Assembly: GCA_963708185.1 (NCBI GenBank)
Contig: OY970195.1
Span: 768,001-832,000 of the forward strand
Direction: 5' to 3'
From: Candidatus Peregrinibacteria bacterium
GTDB lineage: Bacteria; Patescibacteriota; Gracilibacteria; UBA1369
DNA length: 64,000 nt
Shown here: in pieces, positions 47,861 to 58,700 of the stretch
Layout: each line of letters opens with the position of its first letter
How positions within the stretch are numbered: the stretch's first letter is position 1
Notes under the pieces: model-generated
What the model was told of the DNA's origin: nothing
The model's database searches: none
Seen by the model: only the letters and a program-made list of their open reading frames with translations
Made by a program: the position numbers and the translations under genes

Positions 47861-47998
47861 TCATAGACAGCAGGTATTTCCGGGGGGAGTAACGGGCCCG
47901 GACTGTAAAACCCGCCGAGACGCAACAACCTGTATCAGAAAGCCTTTGCGGCTTTCAACGTTTTGTTCGCTCAACTGTCTATGAACGTTGAGTTTTTT
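47861..47998 (+). ncRNA. Ribosomal protein L10 leader with attenuator
   Basis: AGACAGCAGG...TAAAA.CCCGCCGAG core resembles the L10_leader; competing pairings and a terminator with a T-tract upstream of rplJ. Confidence 0.75.
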
Positions 47999-48016
47999 AT
48001 TTTTTAACCACCCACC

Positions 48017-48601
48017 ATGGCAGTTACAAAGGCTCAAAAGGAGGAAATCCTAAAGCGGCTTGAGGACCACTTTGCCAAGGCGAAAGCTGTTTATTTTGCA
48101 CAGAACAAGGGACTTGCGGTCAAAAAAGTCACCGATCTGCGCAAAAAACTTCATAAGGAGGGCATCGACTTCGTCGTTGCAAAAAAAACCCTCATGAAGA
48201 TCGCGGCCAAAAAGAACAATCTCCCCGAAATCAGCGGAGAGGTAATGGAAGGCCCGATTGCAGCAGCTTTCGGCTACAGCGACGTTGTCGTTCCCGCAAA
48301 GCTCCTTTATGAATTCTCCAAGGAGAACGAAAATCTCCAACTGCTCGGCGCACTTGTCGAAGGGAAACTCATCGGCAAAGCCGAAGCAAAGGAGCTGGCA
48401 ACGCTCCCATCGCGCGAGGAACTCCTGGCAAAACTGGTCGGCAGTATGAAAGCTCCGATTTCAGGTTTCCACGGCGTACTTGCCGGCACCCTCCGCAAGC
48501 TTGTCTACGCCCTCAAGGCGATTCAGGACAAAAAACCCGCAGAGGCGCCTGCAGCTCCGGCCGCTCCGTCAGCCGAAGCCCCGGCCACACCCGCCGCATA
48601 A
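48017..48601 (+). CDS. rplJ: 50S ribosomal protein L10
   Basis: GLAVK..DLRKKL..VAKKTL..GP.A..LATLPSREELLAKLVG. Confidence 0.96.
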   Translation: MAVTKAQKEEILKRLEDHFAKAKAVYFAQNKGLAVKKVTDLRKKLHKEGIDFVVAKKTLMKIAAKKNNLPEISGEVMEGPIAAAFGYSDVVVPAKLLYEFSKENENLQLLGALVEGKLIGKAEAKELATLPSREELLAKLVGSMKAPISGFHGVLAGTLRKLVYALKAIQDKKPAEAPAAPAAPSAEAPATPAA

Positions 48602-48661
48602 TTCGGACGGCGCATTGTTTCAAAAACATTTTTATCTCATTATTCTTAACTCATTACATTT

Positions 48662-49060
48662 ATGTCAGACGTTCAACTCAGCAAGGATTCACAGTCAATC
48701 CTTGATATGGTCGAAAAACTCTCTGTTCTCGACCTCGCAAATCTGGTCAAAGCCATGGAAGAAAAATTCGGCGTTAGCGCCGCTGCTCCCGTCATGATGG
48801 CCGCAGGTGGTGCCGCTGCCGGCGGCGCAGCTGCTGCTGCTGACGAATCCGCTACGGTAAGCGTTATTCTCGCCGACGGTGGCGCACAGAAAATCAATGT
48901 CATCAAGGCCGTTCGCGAAGCTACGGGCCTCGGACTCAAAGAAGCCAAGGATCTCGTTGACGGTGCTCCAAAGCCGGTCAAAGAGAATATTCCCCGCGAC
49001 GAAGCCGACAAACTCAAGAAAGCTCTTGAAGCTGCCGGTGCAAAGGTTGAAATCAAGTAA
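48662..49060 (+). CDS. rplL: 50S ribosomal protein L7/L12
   Basis: [44 protein letters not shown]. Confidence 0.98.
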   Translation: MSDVQLSKDSQSILDMVEKLSVLDLANLVKAMEEKFGVSAAAPVMMAAGGAAAGGAAAAADESATVSVILADGGAQKINVIKAVREATGLGLKEAKDLVDGAPKPVKENIPRDEADKLKKALEAAGAKVEIK

Positions 49061-49082
49061 TACCTTCCATCGACTTTTCATC

Positions 49083-49113
49083 AAAAGACCCCTGAAATAC
49101 CGGGGTCTTTTTT
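49083..49113 (+). terminator. Intrinsic terminator after rplL
   Basis: AAAAGACCCC...GGGGTCTTTTTT. Confidence 0.85.
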
Positions 49114-49189
49114 GTTGAAGGCCTGAAGTCTTTACTAAAATGCAAAAATTTGGTAAAATAATGAGATATTAAAAATAAAAACAAACACT

Positions 49190-50890
49190 ATGCCAGAACC
49201 AATAAAACTGGACGATCCGGGAAATACTCCCGCTTCACCATCCACCAATATCACCATTGGTGCTTCTTCGGGTAATGACGCCCCCGCCAAAAACGGCGGA
49301 AGTATGGGCAATATCTTTACCCAAAAAAAGGACAAAAAGGAGGATTCCAAAATGATCACCTCGATCATTTCCCAAAAGGACGTGGCAAAGAAAACCAAGT
49401 CCATTTTGGGTCCCGCTCCCGCTCTCGAGAAGAGCATTGAACAGGAAAAAGAGGCCTCCATGAAACGGAAACTTAGACTGTACCAGTTTGTATTCCTGAT
49501 TATTTTTGTTGCCAGCGTGGCGATGGCTTTTTATTTTTATTCGGAACTTTCACCTGATTTTACATTATTCGGCAGCAACACGACCCAGCGTCTGGCAGAT
49601 ACGAACACGAACCTCAAACAGGTCCAGACCCTCGTCAACAAGGACCGATATCTTACCGCGCAATTACAGCTCAACGAATTCAGCTATCAGGCAGACAGGT
49701 TTTTCAGCAGCGTTGCGAAAGTCAACGATCCGACGGTGAGTTCACTGGACAAGGGAACGGCCCTCGCTGATCTTGGCGAGTCACAGACCGCTTTGCCGGT
49801 TTTGCTGGGCAGCATCCGTGACATCCTCTCCAATGATATCGTTATCCCGACTTACCGTTCCGACAAAGAACCTGAACAGACCGATAATGAGATCCTCCTC
49901 GCGGCACAGACAGACCTTCGCAGCGCGCTTACCGATGAAAAGAAAAAATACGGACAGAACCCTACGGATCCTCAGGACATTCTGGACGTCAAACTCATCG
50001 ATAACGCTTCAAAGCTTGTCGGCAACAAGACGCTTTTGAATGCTCTCCAGAGCACTTCGACCGATGCTTTCCAGAAACAGCTCGCGGATTACGTCCAGTC
50101 TCCCGATCCGCAAAAACTTACGGCTCTCCAGACGGTCATCGGCAAAGTTCTTTCCTCGACGAAGAGCGATCTTGCCACCATCGCTGACATCAAACGTAGC
50201 CGCATCCAATGGTCGACGGTCATCACCCAGATCAAAGATGAGACCATCAATGTTGATAAAAATTTCGGGCAGCCGTTCCTCTACGACACTCTCGGAGGCA
50301 TCATCTATACCGGATATGAGTTTGACTCCGCGGCCAACAAGATCGTCCTTTCCGGCACTACCAAAACACGTGACGGATCCAATTTTACGTTGATAAGCAA
50401 CCTCATCGACCAGCTCGAGAACTCCCAGTACTTCCAGGACGTCAACATGCGTTCATTCTCAAAGAGCAAATCCGGAATTCCCGGCGATGAGTCGTTCACT
50501 GCAAATTTCAAAATTGATCTGAGCCTCGAAACTTCGGGGTTTTCGGATAAAAATGCACCGGTGAATCTCCAGAGCACCATCCCTCAAGCGACCGCCAGCG
50601 GAACGAAACGGACAACCGCAAGCTCCCAGGAAGCAACGGCCCAGAGCGCTGTTCCGGCTGGTACAACCCAGGCGGTGACATCATCTTCCGCAGCGGCTCC
50701 AGCCCCAGCTCCTGTTCCGGCAAATCCTGCGGGTGAAACCTTAACTTCTACGCAGGAAGCCAGTGCGACCGCATCTGCAACACAGGAAAATTCATCTTCA
50801 ACGTCTACGGAAACTCCGAGCGGAGCAACGGGAGCCGGCGCGATTCCAACTTCATTGAGTTCGCTCTTTTCGTCACCAAGCTCACCATAA
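49190..50890 (+). CDS. Extended PilN-like type IV pilus alignment protein
   Basis: TM segment; WSTVITQI..KIVLSG..LIDQLENSQYFQDV..F.IDLSL PilN-like motifs; first gene of the pilus operon; TGgTAAAAT at 49151-49159. Confidence 0.7.
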   Translation: MPEPIKLDDPGNTPASPSTNITIGASSGNDAPAKNGGSMGNIFTQKKDKKEDSKMITSIISQKDVAKKTKSILGPAPALEKSIEQEKEASMKRKLRLYQFVFLIIFVASVAMAFYFYSELSPDFTLFGSNTTQRLADTNTNLKQVQTLVNKDRYLTAQLQLNEFSYQADRFFSSVAKVNDPTVSSLDKGTALADLGESQTALPVLLGSIRDILSNDIVIPTYRSDKEPEQTDNEILLAAQTDLRSALTDEKKKYGQNPTDPQDILDVKLIDNASKLVGNKTLLNALQSTSTDAFQKQLADYVQSPDPQKLTALQTVIGKVLSSTKSDLATIADIKRSRIQWSTVITQIKDETINVDKNFGQPFLYDTLGGIIYTGYEFDSAANKIVLSGTTKTRDGSNFTLISNLIDQLENSQYFQDVNMRSFSKSKSGIPGDESFTANFKIDLSLETSGFSDKNAPVNLQSTIPQATASGTKRTTASSQEATAQSAVPAGTTQAVTSSSAAAPAPAPVPANPAGETLTSTQEASATASATQENSSSTSTETPSGATGAGAIPTSLSSLFSSPSSP

Positions 50891-50931
50891 GCTTGTAAAT
50901 TTTCCTTTGTCTATTCAATCAATTCACCACT

Positions 50932-51630
50932 ATGGCAACAGCAGCACTCCAAAAACGCAATTATGATAAGAGCATCCGTACCTATATGATGCTCATCATC
51001 ATCACGCTGGTTTTAGCGGCCTACTATGGATATACCCAATTCACCAAACTTTCGGGTGTCCAGGATGCGCTGGCAAAGGAGCAGTCCCAGATCACGGACC
51101 TCCAGAATACGGAATCCCAAACCAATACGGACTACGTGAATCTCAAGCAGGACTTCGACCAGAAATATTCCGGAGTTCTCGATTCTCTCCAGGCCGTCTA
51201 TCCCCTGGAACAGGATTATACCAGTCTGACCCGTCTTTTCGACCAGTTTTTCCAGACCAACAACACCACCTACAATCCGGTTTTTGTCAGCGACATCAAA
51301 TATGGACAACCCCGTTACGACGCGAAGGTCGACTATGCCGTTCTCCCGGTAACGATGACGATTTCCGGCACGCAGGATAATTTCGATAAATTCCTCAAAT
51401 TCGTTGAAAACTCAGGCGTTCTCGAAGACAAGACCCGTTTATTGGACATCAAGTCGATCAACATCAACTTCACTTCTCAATCGAGCCAGAACACCGCACC
51501 GGGACAGATTGCCGCCAACCAGCAGATGATCAACGTTTCGGTGGTTTTGAACGCTTACTTCCAGAAACCTTTCCAGCAGGCGACGGCCAAAAAGACCGCC
51601 TCTATTAATACAACTGTTGTCACTTCCTAA
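50932..51630 (+). CDS. PilO-like type IV pilus protein
   Basis: TM + coiled coil; LPVTMTISG..NF.KFL.FVE..RLLDI.SI..LNAYF. Confidence 0.75.
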   Translation: MATAALQKRNYDKSIRTYMMLIIITLVLAAYYGYTQFTKLSGVQDALAKEQSQITDLQNTESQTNTDYVNLKQDFDQKYSGVLDSLQAVYPLEQDYTSLTRLFDQFFQTNNTTYNPVFVSDIKYGQPRYDAKVDYAVLPVTMTISGTQDNFDKFLKFVENSGVLEDKTRLLDIKSININFTSQSSQNTAPGQIAANQQMINVSVVLNAYFQKPFQQATAKKTASINTTVVTS

Positions 51631-51635
51631 GTCCC

Positions 51636-52892
51636 ATGGCTGATCAAACGAAATTACAACTCCTTCAAGACGCCATTCTCGCGGGAAATATTCCCCAGCT
51701 CGTTTTGAATATGATCAGTTACGCACTGGAACTGAGAGCTTCCGATATTCACGTTGAACCTGAAGAAAACACCATTCGCGTCCGCTATCGCGTGGACGGC
51801 GTGCTCAGGCAGATCGTCGAGTATCCCCACAATATCCATCCGGCGGTGGTTTCGCGCATCAAGATCATGTCCAATATGAAAATCGATGAACAGCGCGTCC
51901 CCCAGGACGGACGTTGTGAAGTGACGACCAAGGACGCCAGGGAAATGGATCTCCGCGTTTCGACGCTCCCCACCATTAACGGAGAAAAGATCGTGATGCG
52001 TATCCAGGACAGATCACGCAAAATTCCGGGACTTGAAGAGCTCGGTATGCAGGGAAACAGTCTGAAATTTTTCAGGGAAGCGCTTGAGCTGCCGAACGGC
52101 ATCATCCTGACCACCGGGCCTACAGGTTCCGGTAAAACCACCACGATGTATTCCGCTCTGAACAATCTGAACAGAATTGAAGTCAATATTCTCACCATTG
52201 AAGACCCGGTTGAAATCCAGATGGACGGTTTGAACCAGAGTCAGGTGCATCCGGATATCGATTATACTTTTGCCAACGGGCTTCGTACTGCACTTCGTCA
52301 GGATCCGAACATCATCATGGTCGGTGAAATCCGTGACCGCGAAACTATCGACATCGCCATCGAAGCATCGTTGACGGGACACCTCGTGCTTTCCACCATT
52401 CATACGAACAGCGCCGTCGAAACGCTCACCCGTATCGACAACATGGGCGTCCAGCCGTTTCTGATGGCTGAAACGATCGAACTTATTATTGCCCAGCGTC
52501 TCGTGCGCAAGCTTTGCGATTTCTGCAAGGTTCCGGACGACAAGGTTGATCCTCAAATGCTCGAGATGATCAACAAAGCGCTGGAAAATCTTCATTCCAC
52601 CGATGAGATCGACCCTTCAAAAATCAAAGAGATGAAGTTCCTGAAGGCCGTAGGATGCGAAAAGTGCGATAAGATCGGTTACCGCGGCCGTCTCGGTCTT
52701 TATGAAATCATGCGCATGAACAATGAGATCCGCCGTCTTATCCTTGCCCGCGCCTCTTCCATCGACATTGAAAAGGCCGCGCTCAAAAACGGCATGGTCA
52801 ACCTTGAACAGGCGGGCATCATCAAAGCCCTGAAAGGCGAAACCTCACTCGATGAGGTCTACCGCGTCGCAAAACGTATGGAAGAATACTAA
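51636..52892 (+). CDS. pilB: Type IV pilus assembly ATPase (PilB/GspE), lacking the long N-terminal domain
   Basis: RASDIHVEP, RYRVDG, PQDG, GPTGSGKT, EDPVE, RQDP.IIMVGEIRD, TGHLV.ST.H, CDFC..CEKC. Confidence 0.93.
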   Translation: MADQTKLQLLQDAILAGNIPQLVLNMISYALELRASDIHVEPEENTIRVRYRVDGVLRQIVEYPHNIHPAVVSRIKIMSNMKIDEQRVPQDGRCEVTTKDAREMDLRVSTLPTINGEKIVMRIQDRSRKIPGLEELGMQGNSLKFFREALELPNGIILTTGPTGSGKTTTMYSALNNLNRIEVNILTIEDPVEIQMDGLNQSQVHPDIDYTFANGLRTALRQDPNIIMVGEIRDRETIDIAIEASLTGHLVLSTIHTNSAVETLTRIDNMGVQPFLMAETIELIIAQRLVRKLCDFCKVPDDKVDPQMLEMINKALENLHSTDEIDPSKIKEMKFLKAVGCEKCDKIGYRGRLGLYEIMRMNNEIRRLILARASSIDIEKAALKNGMVNLEQAGIIKALKGETSLDEVYRVAKRMEEY

Positions 52893-52902
52893 TTCATAAC
52901 CT

Positions 52903-54189
52903 ATGCCAGAAAAACAAGCTCAAGGCTTCGGACAGGCAGAAAAAAACCAGACCTTCACCCTCAACAAGGCGGAGGAAGGCGCTGAAAAATCCGTACAGGA
53001 GGGCAAGCAGATCGTGCTCAATATTGCCCAGACCAGCGGCGGCAAGGTTTTGTTACGCAAAAAAGCCACCTACGTAAAATATACCGGCAATGTGCTCATT
53101 GATACCTACCGCAGGCTCAATGATTTCATAATCGACCATTCCAAGGTAAAAATTCGCGACAAGGCGACGTTTTTCCGTCTGCTTGCGGTGATGATCAACT
53201 CCGGTCTGCCATTGATCCGTTCCCTTCGAACGCTCGCCGTGCAACAGGAAAAGAGCCCCAAACTTTCCAGAACACTTTATGAAATGGCCCATTCGATTGA
53301 AGGAGGTCAGAGTTTTTCTCAAGCCATGGCCATTTATCCAGATATTTTCAATGAAGCCCAGGTGGGTATGGTGCATGCAGGTGAAGCTTCCGGGCAGCTC
53401 AACAACACCCTGAAAGGTCTGGCCGATGATGTTGAAAAGTCGGCGAGTTTGAGCGGGAAAATCCGTGGAGCACTTATTTATCCCGTGGCAATTCTGGTTT
53501 TGCTCGTCGCCGTCATCTTCGTGATGATGGTCGCGGTTATTCCTCAAATGACGAAACTGTTCGCCCAAACAGGGCATGATCTTCCTCTCCCAACCCAGAT
53601 TTTGATCGCCGTGAGCGGTTTCGCCTCCAATTACTGGCCGATTGTCCTTATTGCGACGCTCGGACTTGTGATCGGCGTCGGCGTGTGGAAACGGACCCGT
53701 ACGGGAAAATATCTTTGGGACACCATGTTGATCAATCTGCCGATTTTTGGCCCCCTGATGCGCAAAGCAGCCCTCGCTCGTTTTTCACGATCGTTGAGCA
53801 GCCTTATGAGCAGCGGCGTTCCTATTATCAAAGCCATTGAAATTACCGCCAATGCTATTGGAAATGAAGTCTATAAGCGCAGACTTATTCTTACCGCCGA
53901 AGACATGCGCCGCGGTATTCCCATGGCTGAAAACATGTCGGGCAGCAAACTGTTCCCGACGATGCTCGTGAACATGGTTGAAGTCGGTGAACAGACCGCC
54001 CAGCTGGAAAGCGTTACCTTAAAAGTCGCCGAATTCTATGATGAAGAGATCGATACCGTGGTCGCGGCGCTCACCAAGATCATGGAACCGCTTATTATCG
54101 TCATCATCGGTGTGACCGTCGGAGGACTTGTGGCTGCTATTATGCTCCCGATCATTCAGCTCACCAACATTACCGGAGGTTTCCAATAA
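52903..54189 (+). CDS. pilC: Type IV pilus inner-membrane platform protein (PilC/GspF)
   Basis: F.LLA.MINSGLP, GEASGQL, ALIYP, LPLPT, SGVP, GEQTAQL, EP..MLPI. Confidence 0.93.
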   Translation: MPEKQAQGFGQAEKNQTFTLNKAEEGAEKSVQEGKQIVLNIAQTSGGKVLLRKKATYVKYTGNVLIDTYRRLNDFIIDHSKVKIRDKATFFRLLAVMINSGLPLIRSLRTLAVQQEKSPKLSRTLYEMAHSIEGGQSFSQAMAIYPDIFNEAQVGMVHAGEASGQLNNTLKGLADDVEKSASLSGKIRGALIYPVAILVLLVAVIFVMMVAVIPQMTKLFAQTGHDLPLPTQILIAVSGFASNYWPIVLIATLGLVIGVGVWKRTRTGKYLWDTMLINLPIFGPLMRKAALARFSRSLSSLMSSGVPIIKAIEITANAIGNEVYKRRLILTAEDMRRGIPMAENMSGSKLFPTMLVNMVEVGEQTAQLESVTLKVAEFYDEEIDTVVAALTKIMEPLIIVIIGVTVGGLVAAIMLPIIQLTNITGGFQ

Positions 54190-54304
54190 AACCTCTCTCC
54201 CATTGATTGGATCAAACTTGATTCGGCAGGTAAAAACATGGTATAGTATATGGAGACAAACACATTTATTATAAATATTAAACATTATTAACCCCCTAAA
54301 AAAA

Positions 54305-54817
54305 ATGAAAAAAATCAATTTTTCAAAAGGTTTTACCCTCATTGAACTTTTGATCGTCATCACGATCATCGGTATCCTGGCAGTCGCGCTTCTGCCTTCA
54401 GTTTTGGGCGCACCGGCACGTGCCCGCGACGCGGCTCGCAAAGCGGATTTGAATAATATTATCGCCGGTCTTGAAACTTATAACAGTGACCATCAGGTCT
54501 ATCCACCGGATGGAGGATGCATTGACGCAATTGACAGTGGCGCTTTGAAAGCTTATTTCCAGGGTCAGACGCCTCCGGCAGACCCACAAGGCAAGGGTGC
54601 TGATCTCGGAACAGGTTCATGCGCAACAAGCTACAGTTATTGTCCTTTGACGGGATCCGGTAACTCTTATGTCGTTGGCTCCTTCATGGAAATCAATGGT
54701 GATGCCAATTCAAGCGCTTCCACCGATTTCGGCAGCTTTGATTGTGCTGCAGGCGGAGCGCCTCCGACTACTCTCACAAAAGACAGTACAAGCGACATCT
54801 TTGTCGTCGAGAAGTAA
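54305..54817 (+). CDS. Type IV major pilin-like protein
   Basis: Class III signal KG|FTLIELLIVITIIGILA, ARDAARKADL; 4 Cys; own extended -10 (TGgTATAGT 54239-54247) and terminator. Confidence 0.9.
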   Translation: MKKINFSKGFTLIELLIVITIIGILAVALLPSVLGAPARARDAARKADLNNIIAGLETYNSDHQVYPPDGGCIDAIDSGALKAYFQGQTPPADPQGKGADLGTGSCATSYSYCPLTGSGNSYVVGSFMEINGDANSSASTDFGSFDCAAGGAPPTTLTKDSTSDIFVVEK

Positions 54818-54840
54818 TTTGAAACTCATATGAAAAATCA

Positions 54841-54870
54841 AAAAGCCCCGCTGGATAGCGGGGCTTTTTT
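54841..54870. terminator. Bidirectional intrinsic terminator
   Basis: AAAAGCCCCGCT-GGAT-AGCGGGGCTTTTTT between convergent genes. Confidence 0.85.
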
Positions 54871-54910
54871 GTTGGAAAATTTATGCGTTTGATTTGCTTG
54901 TCATCAATAG

Positions 54911-55399
54911 TCATTTTTTTAAAGCAGCTTTTTCGAGCTTGGCGATGCGCTGGCTGTGATGACGAAGGGTTTCACTGTGTGTTCCGGCGGTTTTGATTAT
55001 TCGCTCAAACTGCTGATCGTGTTCTTTGAGTTTGTCATCGAGATCATCAAATCGAACAATGACTCTGGATTGGAAAACGCCCGTGCTGCCTGCAAACTGC
55101 TCAAATCTGTCCTCGAATTGATCGATTCTCCCTTCAAATTGATCAATTCTGCCATTCAGTCGAGCTATTTCCTTATGAAATTCTTCTTTGGTCGCCAATG
55201 GGGCGATCATGTCGCCGATTTCCAAGTGTAATTTTGTGAAACGGTCGTCAACACCTTTAAACTGCCCGGTGATTTGTTTGAACTGGTGGTCGATTTGCTC
55301 GAAACGTTTGTCAACTTGCTCGAAACGTTTGTCAATCTGCTTGAATTTTGGGTCAAGGGCTTTGACGATTTCTCTCAGATCTTGTTTTGTCAATGACAT
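54911..55399 (-). CDS. Heptad-repeat coiled-coil protein
   Basis: FKQIDKR-FEQVDKR-FEQIDHQ-FKQITGQ-FKGVDDR and IDQFEGR-IDQFEDR repeats. Confidence 0.75.
   Translation of the reverse strand: MSLTKQDLREIVKALDPKFKQIDKRFEQVDKRFEQIDHQFKQITGQFKGVDDRFTKLHLEIGDMIAPLATKEEFHKEIARLNGRIDQFEGRIDQFEDRFEQFAGSTGVFQSRVIVRFDDLDDKLKEHDQQFERIIKTAGTHSETLRHHSQRIAKLEKAALKK
55296..55345. repeat. 21-bp coding tandem repeat (about 2.4 copies)
   Basis: TGCTCGAAACGTTTGTCAACT / TGCTCGAAACGTTTGTCAATC / TGCTTGAA. Confidence 0.75.
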
Positions 55400-55724
55400 G
55401 CTTTTCCATTAAAAAAATATTATTCTCATTGAACCAAATCGTGATGAATATCTTTTAAGATAATTCTAAATTTTCCAACTTCGTTGAGATTTCAGCATAA
55501 ACTTTTTTGGTGGAGGCTCAAGATTTTTTGGAAAAATTGTTTTGACCGGAAGGGCCAAAACGTCAAAAAATCAGTTCAAAACTTGAGGTAAAAAACTATT
55601 CTAGAAACTGTCAATTTAAAGTTTGTATATTTGGCCGGTTTTATCTCTGTTTCGGCGCTTTGCCATCCAAAAAACAGCACTTTTCTGCTAAAATATAAAG
55701 ACATAAGAGACGCTTCAAACCAAC

Positions 55725-58700
55725 ATGCAAAAATACACATCACAATACAAAAAATCACAACGCTCCATTGCCTCGTCCATCCTGTTTTTCCTGGCGGTGC
55801 AGATGCTGCAGATTCCGATCGTGAATGCGGCGCCTTTGGTGTTTCCACAAAACCTTTCCCTCCAGGCCGACGCCTCGACGAACACGGTGGCCAAGAACCA
55901 TTGGGGGGTGGTGGCGATCATGGTCGATGACAGCCTGCTGAGTGACAACACCACGTACTCCGGGCTGACCGCCAGCTATTCAACCCAGCTGAAGACCAAC
56001 AATCTTGCCGACCGCATCAACCGCTACGCCATTGACGTGCAGAGTTCGCAGGAGTTCACCAAATCGCTCATCATCAAGGTCAACAAGAACGACAAGGTGG
56101 AAAATCTTACGGCGGCTTTGGAAAAACTGTGGCAGGAAGGCGACGGCACCCCGAATGAAATCACCAAACTTGCGGGCGTTGTGGTGATCGGCGATGTCCC
56201 CTTACCTGTGGTCAACAAGAAAGGCAACCATTTCGTGAGTATGTTCCCCTACACGGATTTTGAAGACAAAGCTTACATCTACAACGCAGCCACCGGCGAA
56301 TACGAACCAAACCCCGATCTTAAGTTCCCGAAACAGGAGGTCTGGAGCGGCGTGATCAAAGCTCCTGTTGATGAAACCAACGCGGGAAGCGACGGCCGCC
56401 AGCTGCTGGCAACCTACTTTGACAAGAACCACCTGTACCATTTGGGGGTTCCCGACTTCGCGGACTTCAACAAAAAAATGCTCGTCGCCGATCTCTTCAA
56501 CGAGTTCAAAGGCATGAACACCGCTGCCTACAGCAGTTACCTGCGCTACGTTGCGCACTGGGAGGATTTTATTTACAACCGTTACGACAAACACCTTGCC
56601 CAGCAGTTCTACGATGAGGTCCAGCAGCAGCTTAAGGACCAGGGGCTCACCGATGAACAGCTCAAGCCCAAGTCGACCTGCGACGCGCAGTGCGTCATCC
56701 AGAAGAATTCCAGAAATTCTGATTTTGACGGAGACGGATACAGCAACGGGTATGAACTTGAAGTAGGGAGCAACGTTAACGGAGTCAATGTGCCGACCGA
56801 CCCTTACAGTCCCGACAGTTTCCCGATAGATTACTCGACGATTCCCCCGCTACCGCGTCTTAATCCCAATCCGGCCACATACCAATCCACGGATGACGGG
56901 AGTCATCTCGACCGCCCCGATCCTCCGACTGACAACTCGATGTCGGACTCTTTCAAACAGCTTCCCGACGTTCAAAGCAAACAGATCATCGACAACTTCG
57001 TGTCCAAATACGTCCAGCTTTTCGATAAATATCTCGGCGTGGTCAACGACTGGACCGATAATACCGGAAGATACAAATCTTCGTACCTTGACGGCGGAGG
57101 GGTCCACCGCAGTGACGTGAACAGTCTGCCTTCGCTCATCAGCATCAAGGATCAGTACACGGAAACGTATTTCAAGATGGTCAACGACGCCGTCGAGAAA
57201 AAAATCGACGATATCATCGAGAATAACCACTTCTACAGCAAGATCCAGATGCTGAAGGGAGCGAAGATCAAAGGTCAAATCACCTACAGCAGCGATAATT
57301 CCGACCATGGTCTGGACAATGCCGAGTTCGTGAATTTTTCGACGCATTCGGTCGGTCCATGGGACAGCCTTTTCATCTTCGGCAGCGCCATCGCATCAAA
57401 TTTTCCTTCAGGTTTTGAAAATATCTTCGGTCCGGCAACAAGCATCGCAAGTTGTATGATCTACCGCGGCTCCAATGACGGCAGCGGGAAAAATTCCGTG
57501 ATGGTGGAAGGCATCCGCACGCTCGATCCGAAAACCGCCGGCAAACCTGACGACAACAAAGCCTACGCCGGTTGTTACGGAAACGACATCAATCATCCAG
57601 AACGCTGTTTCCCCACCCGCGCCGAACTGCCGATTTTCGATATCAACGGGACCAAGGAGGTTACCCAGTCCACGGTTCCTCAAAGCGCAACGGATTACCG
57701 AGCATGTTTTGATTTCAAAGAAAAGACCGGCTACCAGGATTATGAAAATCAGGTCGACAACTATATCAGTCTTCTCAACTCCACCGACGTTGAAGAGGTC
57801 AAGGCTGCGTTCGTTCCTCCGGGCGCACCGTACAAACCCGCCGACCAGATCGTACTCTACGACGCCGACGGCGTGAAGGTGACCCTTGCCGACGTTCTGC
57901 AAAAATTCGGCCGAGGCGACGGCAAAGACAACGACGGAGACGGGGTTGTGGACAACGCCGCTGAAGGCGATTCCAAATACGGGATTCCCGTCAACGACTG
58001 GAAGCAAATCGGTGAACGTCTTCTGAAAAAGAACCAGGTGTATTTTTTTGACGGTAACCCTTTCCCGGGCGTCAAAAGTCTCACTCTGGAAATCGATCCC
58101 GAGGCCGCACAAGACTCCTCCTCGAACGACGTGTATCTGGACAGCATCACCTACCATAAAGAGCCGACGAATAAAACGATTGCCGACCAGTTGAAAGCCG
58201 GCGGGTACACGCAGTCCCTGCCGATCGACAATCCCCGTTACGTGACGTTCCAGGATAAAAGTTCCGACAAAACTTTCCGCAAGGTCGTCTATCCCGATGT
58301 ATTCCAGGCAACAAGCTACGACAATTTCGTGGCACAACTTCAGGCCAAGGAGCAGGAGCTGCAAAGCATCGCCAACGCCAGCGGCATTTCCGTGAACGTC
58401 ACAGGGCAGTTAAGCGGCATCGTGACGGGAAGCAACGATATCTTCACCGACACGAACAAGACCGCGCTTCTCGACGCGGGATCGGGAGACCTCAAGGACT
58501 CCCTGTCCTGGCGTGACATGAACATCGACCAGAAACATGATTACGTTTTGAGTCATTATCTCGGCCCGAACCTCAATCCTTACGTCGAAAAACCCCAGTA
58601 CGGTTATGAGACGACCTACGTCGTAAGCAAACCCGTCGAAGATCCGGTGACCAAACAAACATCCGACGCACTTGCATTGCGATTCAACGGGAATTACCCC

